Shown: positions 43,000-56,707 of the stretch, one piece after another
How positions within the stretch are numbered: the first letter of the stretch is position 1
How the letters are laid out: each line of letters begins with the position of its first letter
Origin: the human T2T-CHM13v2.0 reference genome, Homo sapiens
Length of the DNA: 64,000 bases
NCBI RefSeq assembly: GCF_009914755.1
Contig: NC_060934.1
Strand: one strand, 5' to 3'
The notes under the pieces: model-generated
Seen by the model: only the letters and a program-made list of their open reading frames with translations
The model's database searches: none
Told to the model about the DNA's origin: nothing
Translations under genes and position numbers: made by a program

Positions 43000-43879
43000 T
43001 GGGCTCAGATTCCTCCTGAAAATGTCCCTCATGGATCCTAGCCAGCGAAGGTGCCGGGACGTGCATTTCCAGCGTGCCATGCACAAGGGTAGGAGGCAGA
43101 GGTAGTGTTTCTCCTCCTCCCCCTGTCAGTCCCAAGGCCACACAGAGGTGATGGCTGAAGGGGGCTCTTTTCCATCCATCAGTCATTGCCTCAAATGCCG
43201 TCCCCTGAGGGCCTGGGTGGGCCTGATGGCAGGCTTGCTGGCCATTTCTCCTTGACCACCTGCAATGAGGGGCTGAGTCTACCACCTCCTTGGGCAGCCA
43301 TGGACACCTGCACATTCCAGAGCTGGATGACTGCTGAGTCCTGATGGAAGCCAAGAACTGCAGAAAAGTCCACCCCACACTCGAGACACTCACCCCTGCG
43401 GCCCCCTGGCAGCCAGGACTCACGAGTGCCTTCTGAGAGCAACAGGCCCCGGGCACCAAAAATACACATACGTGACGTTGACTTAGTACTTAATGCAGCT
43501 TCATAAAAGTTTTCACTAATAACAGAAAATTCACAACAAACAGCGTAAATTGCAGGATAGATGGAATTTCCGTGACCTCTGACTGTGGCTGTGAGCGGTG
43601 GTGAAGAGACACCTGCGTCCACTCAGTGACCCAGCGTTGACATGGGCTCCTGGGGTGGACATCCCCAACTTCTCTGCACTCAGCCCATCCTAATGCCCGG
43701 CTCAGGAGCTTTGATGAATGATCGATGCAGCGCAAGTATCGATTTTCTCATTGGTGATCACTTTCAGGCATCTGCGTCTTTTTGTGTGTCCTGCGTTCTT
43801 AGTACTCCAAATGTGGCATGAGTCTCAGTGCTATTTAGAACAAGGAATGAGGTCACAGAAGCTCCTGCAAGCCACTCAG

Positions 43880-43934
43880 CCCTCAGCCCTCTGTGCCTCA
43901 GTTTCCTCTTCTGTAAAAAGAGGAAGATAATAGC
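43880..43934. mobile_element. MIR core fragment
   Basis: CCTCTGTGCCTCAGTTTCCTCTTCTGTAAAAGAGGAAGATAATAG. Confidence 0.7.
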
Positions 43935-44284
43935 TGCCATGGACTGGATGTCTGTGTCCCCAGCAAAACAATTCAGGTTGAAGCCCCAGCCTGCAGTGTG
44001 ATGGTTTGTGGAGGTAGAGCCTTTGGAGGTGATTGGGCTTAGAGGAGACCATGAACACGGGGCCCTCACTAGGGGGTTAGCGCCCTTTTAAAGAGAACGA
44101 GACTCGAAATCTCTCTCTCTCCAGTGCATTCAATGGAGGAAGGCCACGTGAGGCCATGATGAGAAGGTACCAGTACCGGCTGGAAACCAGGAAGAGGCCC
44201 TCTCCAGACACCAACTCTGCCCTTTGCTGCATAGGCCATGCCATCTATGGTATTTTATCATGGCAGCCCAGACAGACCGAAATA
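43935..44284 (+). mobile_element. MLT1A-like MaLR LTR
   Basis: TGCCATGGACTGGATGTCTGTGTCCCC start, GGCCTTTGG-like core, TATGGTATTTTATCATGGCAGCCCAGACAGAC end. Confidence 0.8.
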
Positions 44285-45989
44285 ACAGCACTGACCCTGA
44301 GTGTCGTGAGGCTGACATGAGTCAACCTTGAACCAAAAACCAAATCAATCAACGGAGGTGGGTGGTGGCTTGTGTGTGTGTTGCTTGTTTTAACAGGTGA
44401 GGGTAAGTGGCTTGCTCGGGGTCCCACAGATACTCACGGGCAGGGCTGGGACCTGAATCTGGGTCTGTTTGACCTCCAGTCCTGGGCCTTTCCACTGGGT
44501 GGCATTACCTCCTTTTAATGATGCAATTTCCTAAACACACCAGAAAGAGACAAACCCTTCCCCCAAAGAACTGACAGTGGCTGAATTTCCCAGTGAAGGT
44601 AACACGGCCATAGCTGCGTGTGCTGCAGTGCCGGGTGGTGAGTTCCTTCTTGTGTGTGCGTGTGGGGTTTTGTTTTTAATGTAGTTTTCCTCTTCCTCGC
44701 TGCCTTTTACAACCTAACATGATTAGTGCCCTGGAAGGTAGAGCTCATTAGAGATGCCGAATCTGGAAGACTGTCTGGAATATCAAGCGTCTGAAACAAA
44801 GTGAGTGAGTCCTTCAGAACTTCTCTTCAAATCAGCAGAGCCTGGCCTCATTAATTATTAACTGCACTGTGACCTAAATAAGTCACAGGATCATACTTCA
44901 TTTAAACGCTGCTTGTCACCCACAGTGCTCATCTGGTCCTCTAAACGGTTTGAGCGCGAAGGAAAGAAGACGTTGTCTTTTAAGTGCAATTATAACTACA
45001 GGAATTAACACAGCCCACCCTTAACTGGCTGAAATGCCTCCATTCTCCATCAAACGCTGATGCCATGGTGAGCCCCACTGTCAGCAGGAAGAGAATAGTT
45101 GGAGCATGTGTAACAAGGTAGCTAAAAATGACATTTCTCTAATAAATATCATTTTACTATGCAGTGTCCATCTGCGACTGCTAAAAATTTGTCAGGAAGT
45201 TTATTGTTGGATATTTGCCAAAGAGATCTGTTTGGCCAACAATTAATGACAGTTAAATGATGTTGATTAGAATACATTGCACATCTTGTAGAATAAATGC
45301 TGTCCTTGCTGATGCATTCAGTAACCCCTTCTGGCTCTGGATCTGTGTCAGGTCAGCAACCTCCAGCCTCCTCTCCCAGGCTCCCCCGTGATCACAGACC
45401 CTGTGATGGGAACAGAGCCCGGAGCAGCACAGATGCCACAGATGGCAACTGCAATGTCTGTGTCTCTAACCTTCGCTCTGCTGTCCAGGGATCAGCCACA
45501 AAAGGCCAGGAGCATGGCCCTTCCCGTGTGCTAGCCCCTTCTTGTGAACTTTCTGGCTATTTTCTGTCTCTCTTTGCCCCAGCTTGGCCTCTGCAGCTAG
45601 CAGCTCACAGGAGCCCAAAGTGTCCTTTAAAGTGACTAGCTGAAGGGACATTCATGCCCAGCATGCTGGGTGTCCTCAGCCAACCACCTCGGCCAGAGGG
45701 GCCTCCCCAACTCAGTGAGGGATGGAGGAGAGTCCACTGTGAAATGGTGGAAGCACCTCGTGTGCCTCTGCAAAGTGGGAGAGCTGAGGGAGCATTGGGC
45801 ATCTCTGCAGGGGCAATCTTAATGCCACCCAGTGATCCTGGGGAGGAGGAAGACCATCACCATGGCCTGAATGATCCAAATCCAGGCTCCCCCAAGCTCT
45901 GGCATTGGGAGTGTGAGAGCAGCAGCCACAGCCAGCCCCTTCTTTTCTTTAAACCCTCGGCCTCCTGAACAGGGCACGCTAAGTTTCAA

Positions 45990-46078
45990 AAAGGGGAGAC
46001 GAGGAGACGGAGAGAAGGGGAGAGGAGAGGAGAGGAGGAGACGGAGAGAAGGGGAGAGGAGAGGAGAGGAGGAGAGGG
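45990..46078. repeat. (GGAGA)n purine tract
   Basis: GAGAGGAGAGGAGAGG repeats. Confidence 0.85.
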
Positions 46079-46543
46079 TTTTGACTTTAAGATTTTTTTT
46101 CCTTTGGTTTCCTTTCCTGAAATTTGTGATATTGGCAACCCTAATACCGAGTCCTAGAACATTCTCTTTCCTGGCTATTTCAGCATAGAGACTATGACTG
46201 CATGACGTCTTAAAAGCTTTCGCTTCACAGCCCACAGATTCTAACATGAAACAAGCTACACCAGTAGTCCTGCAAGTTTTAAACTGAGAGTAAAATGTGT
46301 TTATCTCCTCCTCCCCTCAGAGCCATGCAGCTAAGACAGTGGTGCTGAGCGCTCTCCTGCCTCAGGTTCCATTTGCCACTCCCTTTCCTCTGCTGCGTCT
46401 CCAAGACCAGGAACCAGCACTGTGAGGAAGGATGGTTTGTTTTATTCTCAAATGTTCTCAAAGTTGAGTTAGGAGCCAGATTAAATGGCTTTATTCATTA
46501 AAATGACTTAATGAATAATAATGAGCACATTTAATCTATTTAG

Positions 46544-46848
<305 letters not shown>

Positions 46849-49379
46849 TAGGGTCTTTTCTCTACTGAGACTTTTATGCTATTGGAATGGAGTGAAATGA
46901 GAACACGTCACTTGCTTTGAAGGGTTATGATAGCTACTTTGGATCTGAAAAATCTAAAAATAATAAAAACTTAGACATTTTGGCTTTAGGACTTTTTATT
47001 TAAAAAATATCTACCTGTTATGCCTCCCTAATCCATGTAAGTCCATGGAGGCCATCCACGTCTTCCAGAAACTTAATCCGGTAATTGGATGCAGCAGCCA
47101 TCAGCTTCCCAATGCCAAACTCATGACTAGACCAGCAGATGAGAATGCTGCAGATCAAGCTGCTCTGTGCTCAATCTGGCTTTCAGGCCACATCCTGCTA
47201 AATTCGAGGTATGGAGAGTCATTCTAGATTGACTATACTCCCCTACCACAGGGTCAGAGTTTGAAATGAGGCACCCTTGTTAAAATTTAGGCAGAAACAT
47301 TGTGAACCAATCTAACCAAGAGGTGCTGCTGTCTGTGTGATTTGAATAGCAGGATAGAATGAGGGGAAAGGAGACAGGGTCAGGGAAGGAAGAATATGGC
47401 ACAGAAACCATCTCTAGAAAGCTCAGAGGAATCCAGGTAAAATGCAAGAAAATGTATTTCAGTGTTCCAATTCTTCATACTTCAGTCTGCCTTAAAAACT
47501 CCTCGGATCACAACGTGACTTCCTTAGTGAGCGACAAAGGAAGGTTTTGTTTTTTCCTCTTAACTTCCAGGCTATAAAATGGTGCAGGCACTAACAGCTC
47601 AACAGCCCACAGAGATGAACCAATGGCCCTGTTGAAATATCATCATGGAAATGTCACAGCTTATGGGAGTGTGTTATTCTGTTTAAATAGGGATGATGAG
47701 AAAGGCACTGTCATTTTCCTTGTTTAGGGAGTGCTCATTTGCATATTTCTCAAATTTCAAGTAATAATGAGCTGGGTTTTGTATTTGATTTACATCATTT
47801 AAGAGGAACAAGGACAGCCTTAAGTGGCCCAGGGCCAGCAGCTCGCTGATTGATGCGGCTCCTTCTGCGTCTGGCAATGAGCTACTACCTCCAGCTAATG
47901 GCTCAGTGGATGCAGCCTAAACATCCGTCACGGGAGCATTCTTCAGGGTGATTAGCCAGCTCAAGACAAACAGTTTTCTGATACAGGCAGCCAGGAAAAA
48001 GGAACGCACTTCTCCACAGCAAACACATGTTACATGTCCCACGTGCTGGCCTGTTGATTCAGGGCACGCTAGTGTAGTGATGGTAGCATCTCAGAGACAA
48101 CTGAGAGATCATCAACCTTATCATTCCATGGGCTTGAGGAGCCATCATTGTCACTCTAAGTAGAAGCTCAGCATTCAGTTTGGGGGAGCAGGCCCTTTGG
48201 AGTCTCCCCGAGACTGGCAATAGTATATTTACTGTTACTGCAGTGTCTCCTAAGAGAAAAAGACACTGCTGTAGATGCCAAAACTGGTAAAGCTGAGAGC
48301 TAGACAAGGCTGAGGGAGAAAAAGAATATCTTTGTCACTAATTTATGTAAGGAGAAAAACTTTACAGTAGATAAATGGATGAAATCAGAGTGATTAATGG
48401 GGCAGAAGGGGATCCCTTCAATGGTTAAAATGCAAGGAAAAGCTCGAATCATTTTGGAGTCACATTGTGATTGCCAATCTGCACTTTTTAAGCCGTGACA
48501 CAGATCTGATGTTGAGGCTGAACCACACGGTACGCAGCTTCCCCAGGTCAGCACAGGTGTCTCCTCCTCAGCTTAATTGTGGGGCCTCGGGGACAGGGAT
48601 TTTCTCTGTTGGGACTTTGATTACCTGCATCTGGCCCCATATGACAAGTATTATGATGAAAAAGTCCTCAAAAGTGAGGTTATGCCTGAACCCGTTTGTT
48701 CACAAAGGGTCCTTAGTATAAAGCATTTGAGTTTTGTGATGTGTATGACCACGTGGAGAAAATACGCTGCTTAACAGTTGTGCAACCTGATAGTTGAAGA
48801 CCCATTTTGGACATGAGAAGATAAAAAAGGAGGTTTAAAATGATTCTGATAATTTTAATATACAAGATATAGGCTCAGCAGAGAAGCTAAGGAACATGAA
48901 GGTTCAGCTGGCTGAGGTTCAATTCCAGAGAAATTAGAAGCTTCTATGCTTTTTCAAAGATCTGGGCATTGCTGAGATATAGGTAGCCAATTAAAATGCA
49001 TCTCTAAGTAAAAGGAGGAAATATGATAAACCAATCTTTCTTGAAATGGAAATTGAATCAAAGGACACACAGAGTGAGTAAATTTTAGGTTAGATGATAG
49101 TCAGATAAAGCTATGAACATCATAATTCTAGTTCTGTACAAACATCCATGAGAGAGGGATGTGGTGAGTGATGCTTTGAAGACACCATGGCCTTTGTAGT
49201 TTATACTCTGTGCATCCACCACAATGGAGAATGGAAACAGCAGTCCTTTAATCAGGTCGATAAAGAAAATGTGGAAGTAAGGAAGCAGGAAGATACTACT
49301 CTGTAGTTTGTGCTTTATATAGACAGAGCATGAGAGAGAGAGAGAGAAAAGGGGAGAGAGAGAAAAGGTTTGAGTAAAG

Positions 49380-49609
49380 AAACCACTAGACAGGACACCT
49401 CAGAGAAGGGCCAGGGTACAGCCGTCCTGATCACACCTCTTTACCTTGCACCTCCTGCTTTGCTCCCTTTGGCTGAGCTGAACAAGAAGCATAGAGCACA
49501 TGAAGCCTAATAATGCAGTCCATACTGCAGATCAGCTTCCTGGGGCATGGGGCAGGGAGCAAAAGAGGGACAGTGCAATTGATAAGGCAAATGGAAGATA
49601 CTCAGCACA
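49380..49609. mobile_element. Old ERVL-type LTR fragment (LTR33-like)
   Basis: TCAGCTTCCTGGGGCATGGGGCAGGG...GGCAAATGGAAGATACTCAGCACA resembles a recalled LTR33 terminus. Confidence 0.5.
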
Positions 49610-49718
49610 ATGTCTGACCAAGAAAGATAAGTCTTTCATGGTGGCACTGTATTTGAAAGACAGTTGACATCAGAACTTCATTTTGTCCCCTCAATATCTG
49701 TTCCAAAGACTGGCATTA

Positions 49719-49900
49719 GTGGTCGTGGTGGCGGGCACCTGTAGTCCCAGCTACTCAGGAGGCTGAGGGAGGAGAATGGCATGAACCCAGGAGGTGGAGC
49801 TTGCAGTGGGCCAAGATCCTGCCGCTGCACTACAGCCTGGGTGACAGAGCAAGACTCCGTCTCAAAAAAAAAAAAAAGAAAAAGAAAACAAAAACAAAAC
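49719..49900 (+). mobile_element. 5'-truncated AluY-like element (right arm only)
   Basis: GAGAATGGCATGAACCC and GGAGCTTGCAGTG; perfect TSD AAAGACTGGCATTA at 49705 and 49901. Confidence 0.93.
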
Positions 49901-49949
49901 AAAGACTGGCATTACCTAGTACTAGATTAACATTTGAAGAGATGTATAA

Positions 49950-51078
49950 ACGAGTGAGTGGATGAATGGATCAAGCAATGGGTGGATGAGGGGATGATGG
50001 ATAGATGGATGGATGAAAACATGAATGGATGGATGAAAAGAGGAATAGATGGATGGACAGAAGGTTGGATAGGTGGGTGTGTGGAAGAAAGGATGGGTGA
50101 AAAATCAATGAATTGGTTTATGAAGGGAGGGATAGAGGGAAAGGTAGGTGATGGATGGATGGATGGATGGATGGATGGATGGATGGATGGATGGATGAAT
50201 AGATGGGTGACTGGATGAATGGGTGTGTGAATGAATGAATGAATGGATTGATGGATGGGTGGATGGATGGATGGATGAATGAGTGGATGGATGGATGGAT
50301 AGATGGATGGATGGATGGATGAGTGGATGGATGGATGGATGAGTGGATGGATGGATGGATGAGTGGATGGATGAATGGATAGATGAGTGGACTGATGGGT
50401 GGATGGATGGAGGGATGGGTGGGTGGTTGGATTAATGGATAATGGATGGATGGATGGATAGATGAGTGGACAGATGGATGGGTGAGTGGACGGATGGATG
50501 AATGGGTGGATGAATGGATAGATGGGTAGACAAATGGGTGGGTGGATGGATGAATGGATGATGGATGGATGGATGGATGGATGGATGGAAGGATGAGTCA
50601 GTGGATGGGTGGATGGATAAATTGATGAATGATTGGATGAATGGACTGATGGATGGGTGGATGGGTGGGTAGATGGATGCATGAAAAGATGGATGGATGC
50701 TTGGGTGGATGGATAAGTATATCAATGGGTAAATGAGTGGGTGAATGATGGATTGATGGATGGATAAATGGATGGATGGGTGGATGGATGGGTGGATGAA
50801 TGGTGGATGAATGGATGCATGGATGGATGGAGTGATGAGTTAGTGGATGGACGAATGGGCGAGTAGATGAATGGATGAGTGTATGTATGTATATATGGAA
50901 GGATGGATAGATGGATGGATAGATGGATGGGTGGGTGGATGGATAGATGGGTGGATGGATGGATGGATGGATGGATGAGTGGATGAATGAATGGTAGGTG
51001 GATGAATGAATGGGTGGATAGATGGATGCATGGATGGATGAATGAATGAGTTGATGGATGGGTGGATGGATGGATGGC
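49950..51078. repeat. About 1.1-kb degenerate (TGGA)n tract
   Basis: GGAT/GGGT/GAAT tetramers throughout; source of the HPSI ORFs. Confidence 0.97.
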
Positions 51079-53334
51079 TGTCTCTGCTTTGAACACATGT
51101 CCATCTGCTCATTGGAAAGCAACGTTTGTGATGATACCATTCTGAATTCTATTTGTGGGTTTTTGACCCTGCCTGGATATGTTCTGGCTTCCACCAGAGA
51201 GGATTTATGCAACTCATGGTATGATGGGGATTTCCTTATTAAAGATATTAAGATATTTTAAGACTATATTTTGTAAATTAGTAATTAATTTGTGATTTCC
51301 TCTTTTAAATAAATCACTAAGCGCTGAGTGGTCATTGTCAAGCAAGATAACTTGGTCTTGAGAACTTGCCACCGAACAATTCTAACTACGTGATATTTTT
51401 GAATATTAAATTGTTTTATGAAACTATATCTTCAAATTTATGAATGCAGTAAACCATTGATTAAAATCAGTAAACTAGGAAACACTAATACTGAAATAGA
51501 ATTAAGAGAGGAGTGTAAAATTATAATAATTGGCAAATTTGCCTAAAGATGATCTTCACCACATTCATAAATTATAGTCATTCATTCAAAATTTTCTAAA
51601 CACATTGTAATGTGTCCATATTTAGAAAGCAATAATAAAATTAAAAATTAGATATGATTTGCCAATTTGGCTTTTTATTTATATACAAAAAATAGTCAAC
51701 CCTCACAATGAGTGCAAGTATAGAATATCTGAAAATGAAATTCTGGAACCTTCTCTCATATTTTGTTATTTAGAAAGAAAACAAGAAAATAATAAATATG
51801 TTAGCTTCATTTGAAGGTGAAAAATTAAAAGCATCTATCTCAAAAATTAATTTTCAAAATCTATTCTGATGCCATTGTATTGAATGCTATTATTTGGTTT
51901 TATATACACATTCTGTTGTAAAAGTACACAAATTTGTCATTGAAAACTACTTGTCAATACTCCCACTTCTTTTTTCTCAAAATTACTTTATTACCCAACA
52001 TAATTGGGTACTGTATAAAACCTGTGAAAAGAAAAAGTCCAAATGCTTCCTTTATAAAGTGAAGGTTAATAAAGATTACACTTGAACTTACAATAAAATC
52101 TTCAGTACAATATATATTCAGACCTAAAACTACATTCAAGGAGAGAAATAAAGAGGAAAAGATTACTTAAATTTATCTCTTTAACTAATACCATACAGAC
52201 ACTTAGAAAAATGCATCCAAGAGCCTAACTAACTAACGAGGTTACTAAGATGATAAATAACCCTAAACGTGTTTCCCATTAAACTATTCCAGGCAGCTCT
52301 ACTAAATCTTGTCCCACCATTTAAATCATGACCGGAGATGTTCACATAAATGTCATGCTCTTACCGCTGACCTAGATTTTTACCAAAAAAAAAAGTGTTC
52401 TAAAATTAAAATAAAAGTATCTGTCAATTTTAAAAAATTATGTGGAAGGGGAAATGGGTAGGTTGAAAATCATAAAGACTCATTATAAGCATTCGAATGC
52501 TGAGGCCAGCCACTCAACTCAAGAGATTATCACTTTTTAAGGGTTCATCTGTTTTCCAAAAGAAGTGAACTTAAGAAACAGCCTTTAATTTCTCTTTCAG
52601 ATCCGTACTCTTTATATAAGGAAGGTAAGGGCATGTTCCTAAAGAATAAGTGTAAAGTGTAAAAATACAACACATAGACTTTAGAGATTTTTAACACAAC
52701 TAACACAATGTGGCATTATTTCAAAATGGACTTGCCTGGATGTTCTGCTGTTGATGTCATAGATGTGGGCTTGGTGTTGCTCTGAAATGCATTCTTTGCC
52801 TCCTCCTCACTCGTAGAGCAGGCAAAGCTCAACTGATGCCCATGATCTCTTCACTCAACCAGACAATCTCTTGGTGAAAACACTGATGGGTCCAATGAAA
52901 ATGAGAGTAAAAGTCACCAAGGTCACTGTTTAATCACAGGATGATGGCATTCTTCTGTATCACAGGCCTCAGACACAATTCCTGGACCACTGACAAACCT
53001 CCCCCTTCTTCTTAAAAAAGAACAGGAACAAATAAGTGACGTGTGTAAAAAATGTATCATTCACTCTAACTAATTGTGTGACTTATGTGTGCATTTCAAT
53101 GTTTCTTTTTCATAACAAATTGTGGCCTGTGATAAGGACAAATTGAGTCTCTGATGGCAAAATGGTGCATATGTATGTACTTATGTGTGTGTATTTTTGC
53201 ATTTGTGTTAACATGTGTACATATATATGTGCATGAATGTAGGCCCATGTGTGTGTAGAGAGTGGTATATGCATTTGTTTTCATGAAGGAGGGTGTATAT
53301 GTATATGTATGTGAGTATGTGTGGTTGGCAAATT

Positions 53335-54245
53335 TCTATGTATGTGTGTTTATGCTCATGTTCACATGTGTACATTATGTGTATGTGTGTTTATGCTCAT
53401 GTTTGCATGTGTACATTATGTGTATGTGTGTTTATGCTCATGTTTGCATGTGTGCATTACGTGTATGTGTGTTTATGCTCATGTTCACATGTGTACATTA
53501 TATGTATGTGTGTTTATGCTCATGTTTGCGTGTGTACATTACGTGTATGTGTGTTTATGCTCATTTTTGCATGTGTGCATTACATGTATGTGTGTTTATG
53601 CTCATGTTCACATGTGCACATTATGTGTATATGCTCATGTTCACATGTGTACATTATGTGTATGTGTGTTTATGCCCATGTTCACATGTGTACACTATGT
53701 GTATGTGTGTTTATGCTCATGTTTGCATGTATACATTATGTGTATGTGTGTTTATGCTCATGTTTGCATGTGTACATGTGTATGTGTGTTTATGCCCATG
53801 TTCACGTGTGTACATTATGTGTATGTGTTTATGCTCATGTTCGCATGTGTACATTATGTGTATGTGTGTTTATGCTCATGTTCACATGTGTACATTATGT
53901 GTATGTGTGTTTATGCCCATGTTCACACGTGTACATTATGTGTATGTGTGTTTATGCTCATGTTCACATGTATACATTATGTGTATGTGTTTACGCTCAT
54001 GTTTGCATGTGTACATGTGTATGTGTGTTTATGCTCATGTTCACATGTGTACATTATGTGTATGTGTTTATGTTCATGTTTGCATGTGTACATGTGTATG
54101 TGTGTTTATGCTCATGTTCACATGTGTACATTATGTGTATTTGTTTATGCTTATGTTTGCCTGTGTACATGTGTATGTGTGTTTATGCTCATGTTCACGT
54201 GTGTACATTATATGTATGTGTGTTTATGTTCACGTGTGTACTTTA
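53335..54245. repeat. About 41-bp TG-rich VNTR (roughly 22 copies) within a wider TG-rich zone (53160-54445)
   Basis: Unit TATGTGTGTTTATGCTCATGTT(CA/TG)CATGTGTACATTATGTG; period 41 between 53341 and 53382. Confidence 0.95.
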
Positions 54246-55153
54246 TGTGTATATTTGTGTGTGTTGGTATCTGCATGTGCACCTGAATGTCTTCATGTAT
54301 ATTCATGTGCTTATGTGTGTTTGTGAGTGTGCCTGTGTTCATGTGTGTGTTTGTGCATAGGTGTGCCTTTATAGGTGTGCATTTGTGTATATGCACATGT
54401 CTTGTAAATATGTGTTTGTATGTGTACATATGTGTGCATGTATGCACCCACTACTGCTATAAACATCTTCACAGCCTAATCAGAGCTTTAGTTAGTTTCC
54501 TGGAGCCCTCTCTTGCATAAACAAGCCAAAGATCTGCTCCTCTTTGAGCTCATTGTAGACAGTCTATTTCATGCCTCCACTTTTCTCCAAATAAAAGTTC
54601 TAAAATGAGTTATTTTAAGGAAGTCTTACACTCTAGGGCTTGCCTGTGTTTCCGACTGCACACCCAAGTAGCCATAACTTACAGGGAAACAAGAGAGCTA
54701 CCCTCTCCCTGTCTGGGCCCCACAGTCCCTTGGCCAAACTCCCTCAGTCCTGAGAGCCCTGGCCTCTGCCACAGCATGGACCACCCATGGCAGCCGACCC
54801 ATCTTCCTCACCAGCAGGCTCAGATGGCAGGTGCCAAAACTGAGGCACGCCCTTGACCGTGATGAAACATCCCTTTCTTTAAAGCACTGGTTGAGCTCTG
54901 AACATACCCTACTTCAAAACCACTGGTGTTTCCCCAATACACATCCTTCACTACAGTCAAAGTTCAAAGAGTTCAGATGAAGAATTAAAACCATCATGCT
55001 GAATAGACAGCATTATTACTCATATCAGGTTTATCACGCTATAATTTGTTAACATTTCTCTTTTCATAAGGAAAAGGAGTCTATGAATCAACATAGTAAA
55101 ATTGGGAGTGGCATGAAGTCAGAAAAGTGGGTGCTCAGAAGAGCCTCCTCCAC

Positions 55154-55172
55154 GCAGCGCCCCCTGGCTCTC
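55154..55172 (-). promoter_or_regulatory. Candidate CTCF core
   Basis: Minus strand reads AGAGCCAGGGGGCGCTGC; the 3' part CCAGGGGGCGCT matches and the 5' CCA is missing. Confidence 0.35.
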
Positions 55173-56707
55173 ACTGAGTTCGCATATGGTGCAAAAGTGC
55201 CCATCCTGTCTCCAGGAAAAAGAATTTTAAAAAATACGATATTCCAGGGAAAGTAATTTTAAAATATGATATTGTTAGAAAAGAGGCATAGGAATCAAGT
55301 CTTCCCTTACAACTTATTCTGAAGTATATGTTTCCCTAATGCAGGGAAATAATTTGATTTTCACAACTGAAAACTTTGAGCCTAAGGAAATGTTAAGATG
55401 AGCTTCAAGAGTCCAATAGTGGTTATTAAAAATTCTTAAAAATCTGTCAGTGTGGCTTGGCCTTAGTGTTTATTCATAAATGACACTCAGCCTAATTCCA
55501 AGAGAGGTGTGCAGTGGACTACAGATAAAGATATACATATAGGGCATCTACAGTCACCCACAGCTAAACCTGTACCTACTAACAAGAGTGAATGCTTTCC
55601 CACTAACTTCAGAAACAATACGTGGATTCCATTCTTACCACTTCTATTCAATATGGTACTGGAAATTGTAGTCAGGGCAATTAGGCAAGAAAAAGAAACA
55701 GCAACCATCCATATTTGAAAGGAAGAAATAAAACTAGGCTTGCAGATGATGTGCTCTTGTGTACAGAAGAGCCTAAGGAATCCACTAAGAAACTGCTAGA
55801 ATTAATAAACAAGTCTGGTAAGAGTACAGGAGACTGTTTCTATACAGTAACAATGAACAAACTGAAAATGAAATTAAGAAAACAATTCAATTTATAATAG
55901 CATCAAAAAGAACATAATACTTATAAATGTAAAAAAAGAAGTGGAAAACTCACTCTCTGAAAACTACAAGACATTATTGAAAGAAACTAAAGACAAACAA
56001 ATGGAAAGACATCTTATATTCATGGATTAGAATAGTTAATATTGTTAAGATCACAATACTCCCCAATTTGATCATAGATTCAATGCAATCCTTATCAAAT
56101 TCCTAGCAGACTTCTTTGCAGAAATTGACAAGCTGATCCAAACATTCATGTAGAAATTCAAGGGACCCAGAATAGTCAAAATAGAAGATAGTTGGAGGAC
56201 TCACAATTTCGAATTACAAAACTTAACTATAAAGCTACAGGTATCAAGATAGTGTGGTACTAGCATAATGACAAACTTATAAATCAATGGAATAGGATTG
56301 AGAGTCCAGAGATAAACTCATGCATTTATGTATAATTAATTTTTGACAAGAGGGCCAAGATAATTAAACAAGGAGAAAGAATGACATTTTCAACAAATGG
56401 TGCTGGGACACCTGAATACTTACATGCAAAAGGATGAAGTTGAAACCCTACCTCACACCATATGCAAAAACTAACTTGGAGTAGATCAAAGACCTACAAT
56501 TAACCCCAGTAGAAAAATAAAAAGGCACATAACCAAAATTAAAAATTGAAAAAGGATATAAACAGAGATTTATCCAAAGAAGATAAGCAAATGGCTAATA
56601 AGCACATGAAAATATGTGCTACATGATTAACTATCAGATAAACGCAAATCAAAACCATGAGCTACCACTTCACACTCAATAGGATGGCTATTTTCAAAAG
56701 TTAGAAT

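Noticed and set aside
49927-51212. HPSI-repeat ORFs up to 251 aa
   Set aside because: Translation of (TCCA)n
53335-54245. Repeated CATG pairs as p53 response elements
   Set aside because: CATG cores are 8 nt apart rather than 10, and the flanks do not fit RRRCWWGYYY
53262-54360. Three overlapping ORFs of 321-355 aa, rich in C/V/M/Y/H
   Set aside because: They are translations of the TG-rich VNTR, which lacks stop codons in all + frames; no domain structure
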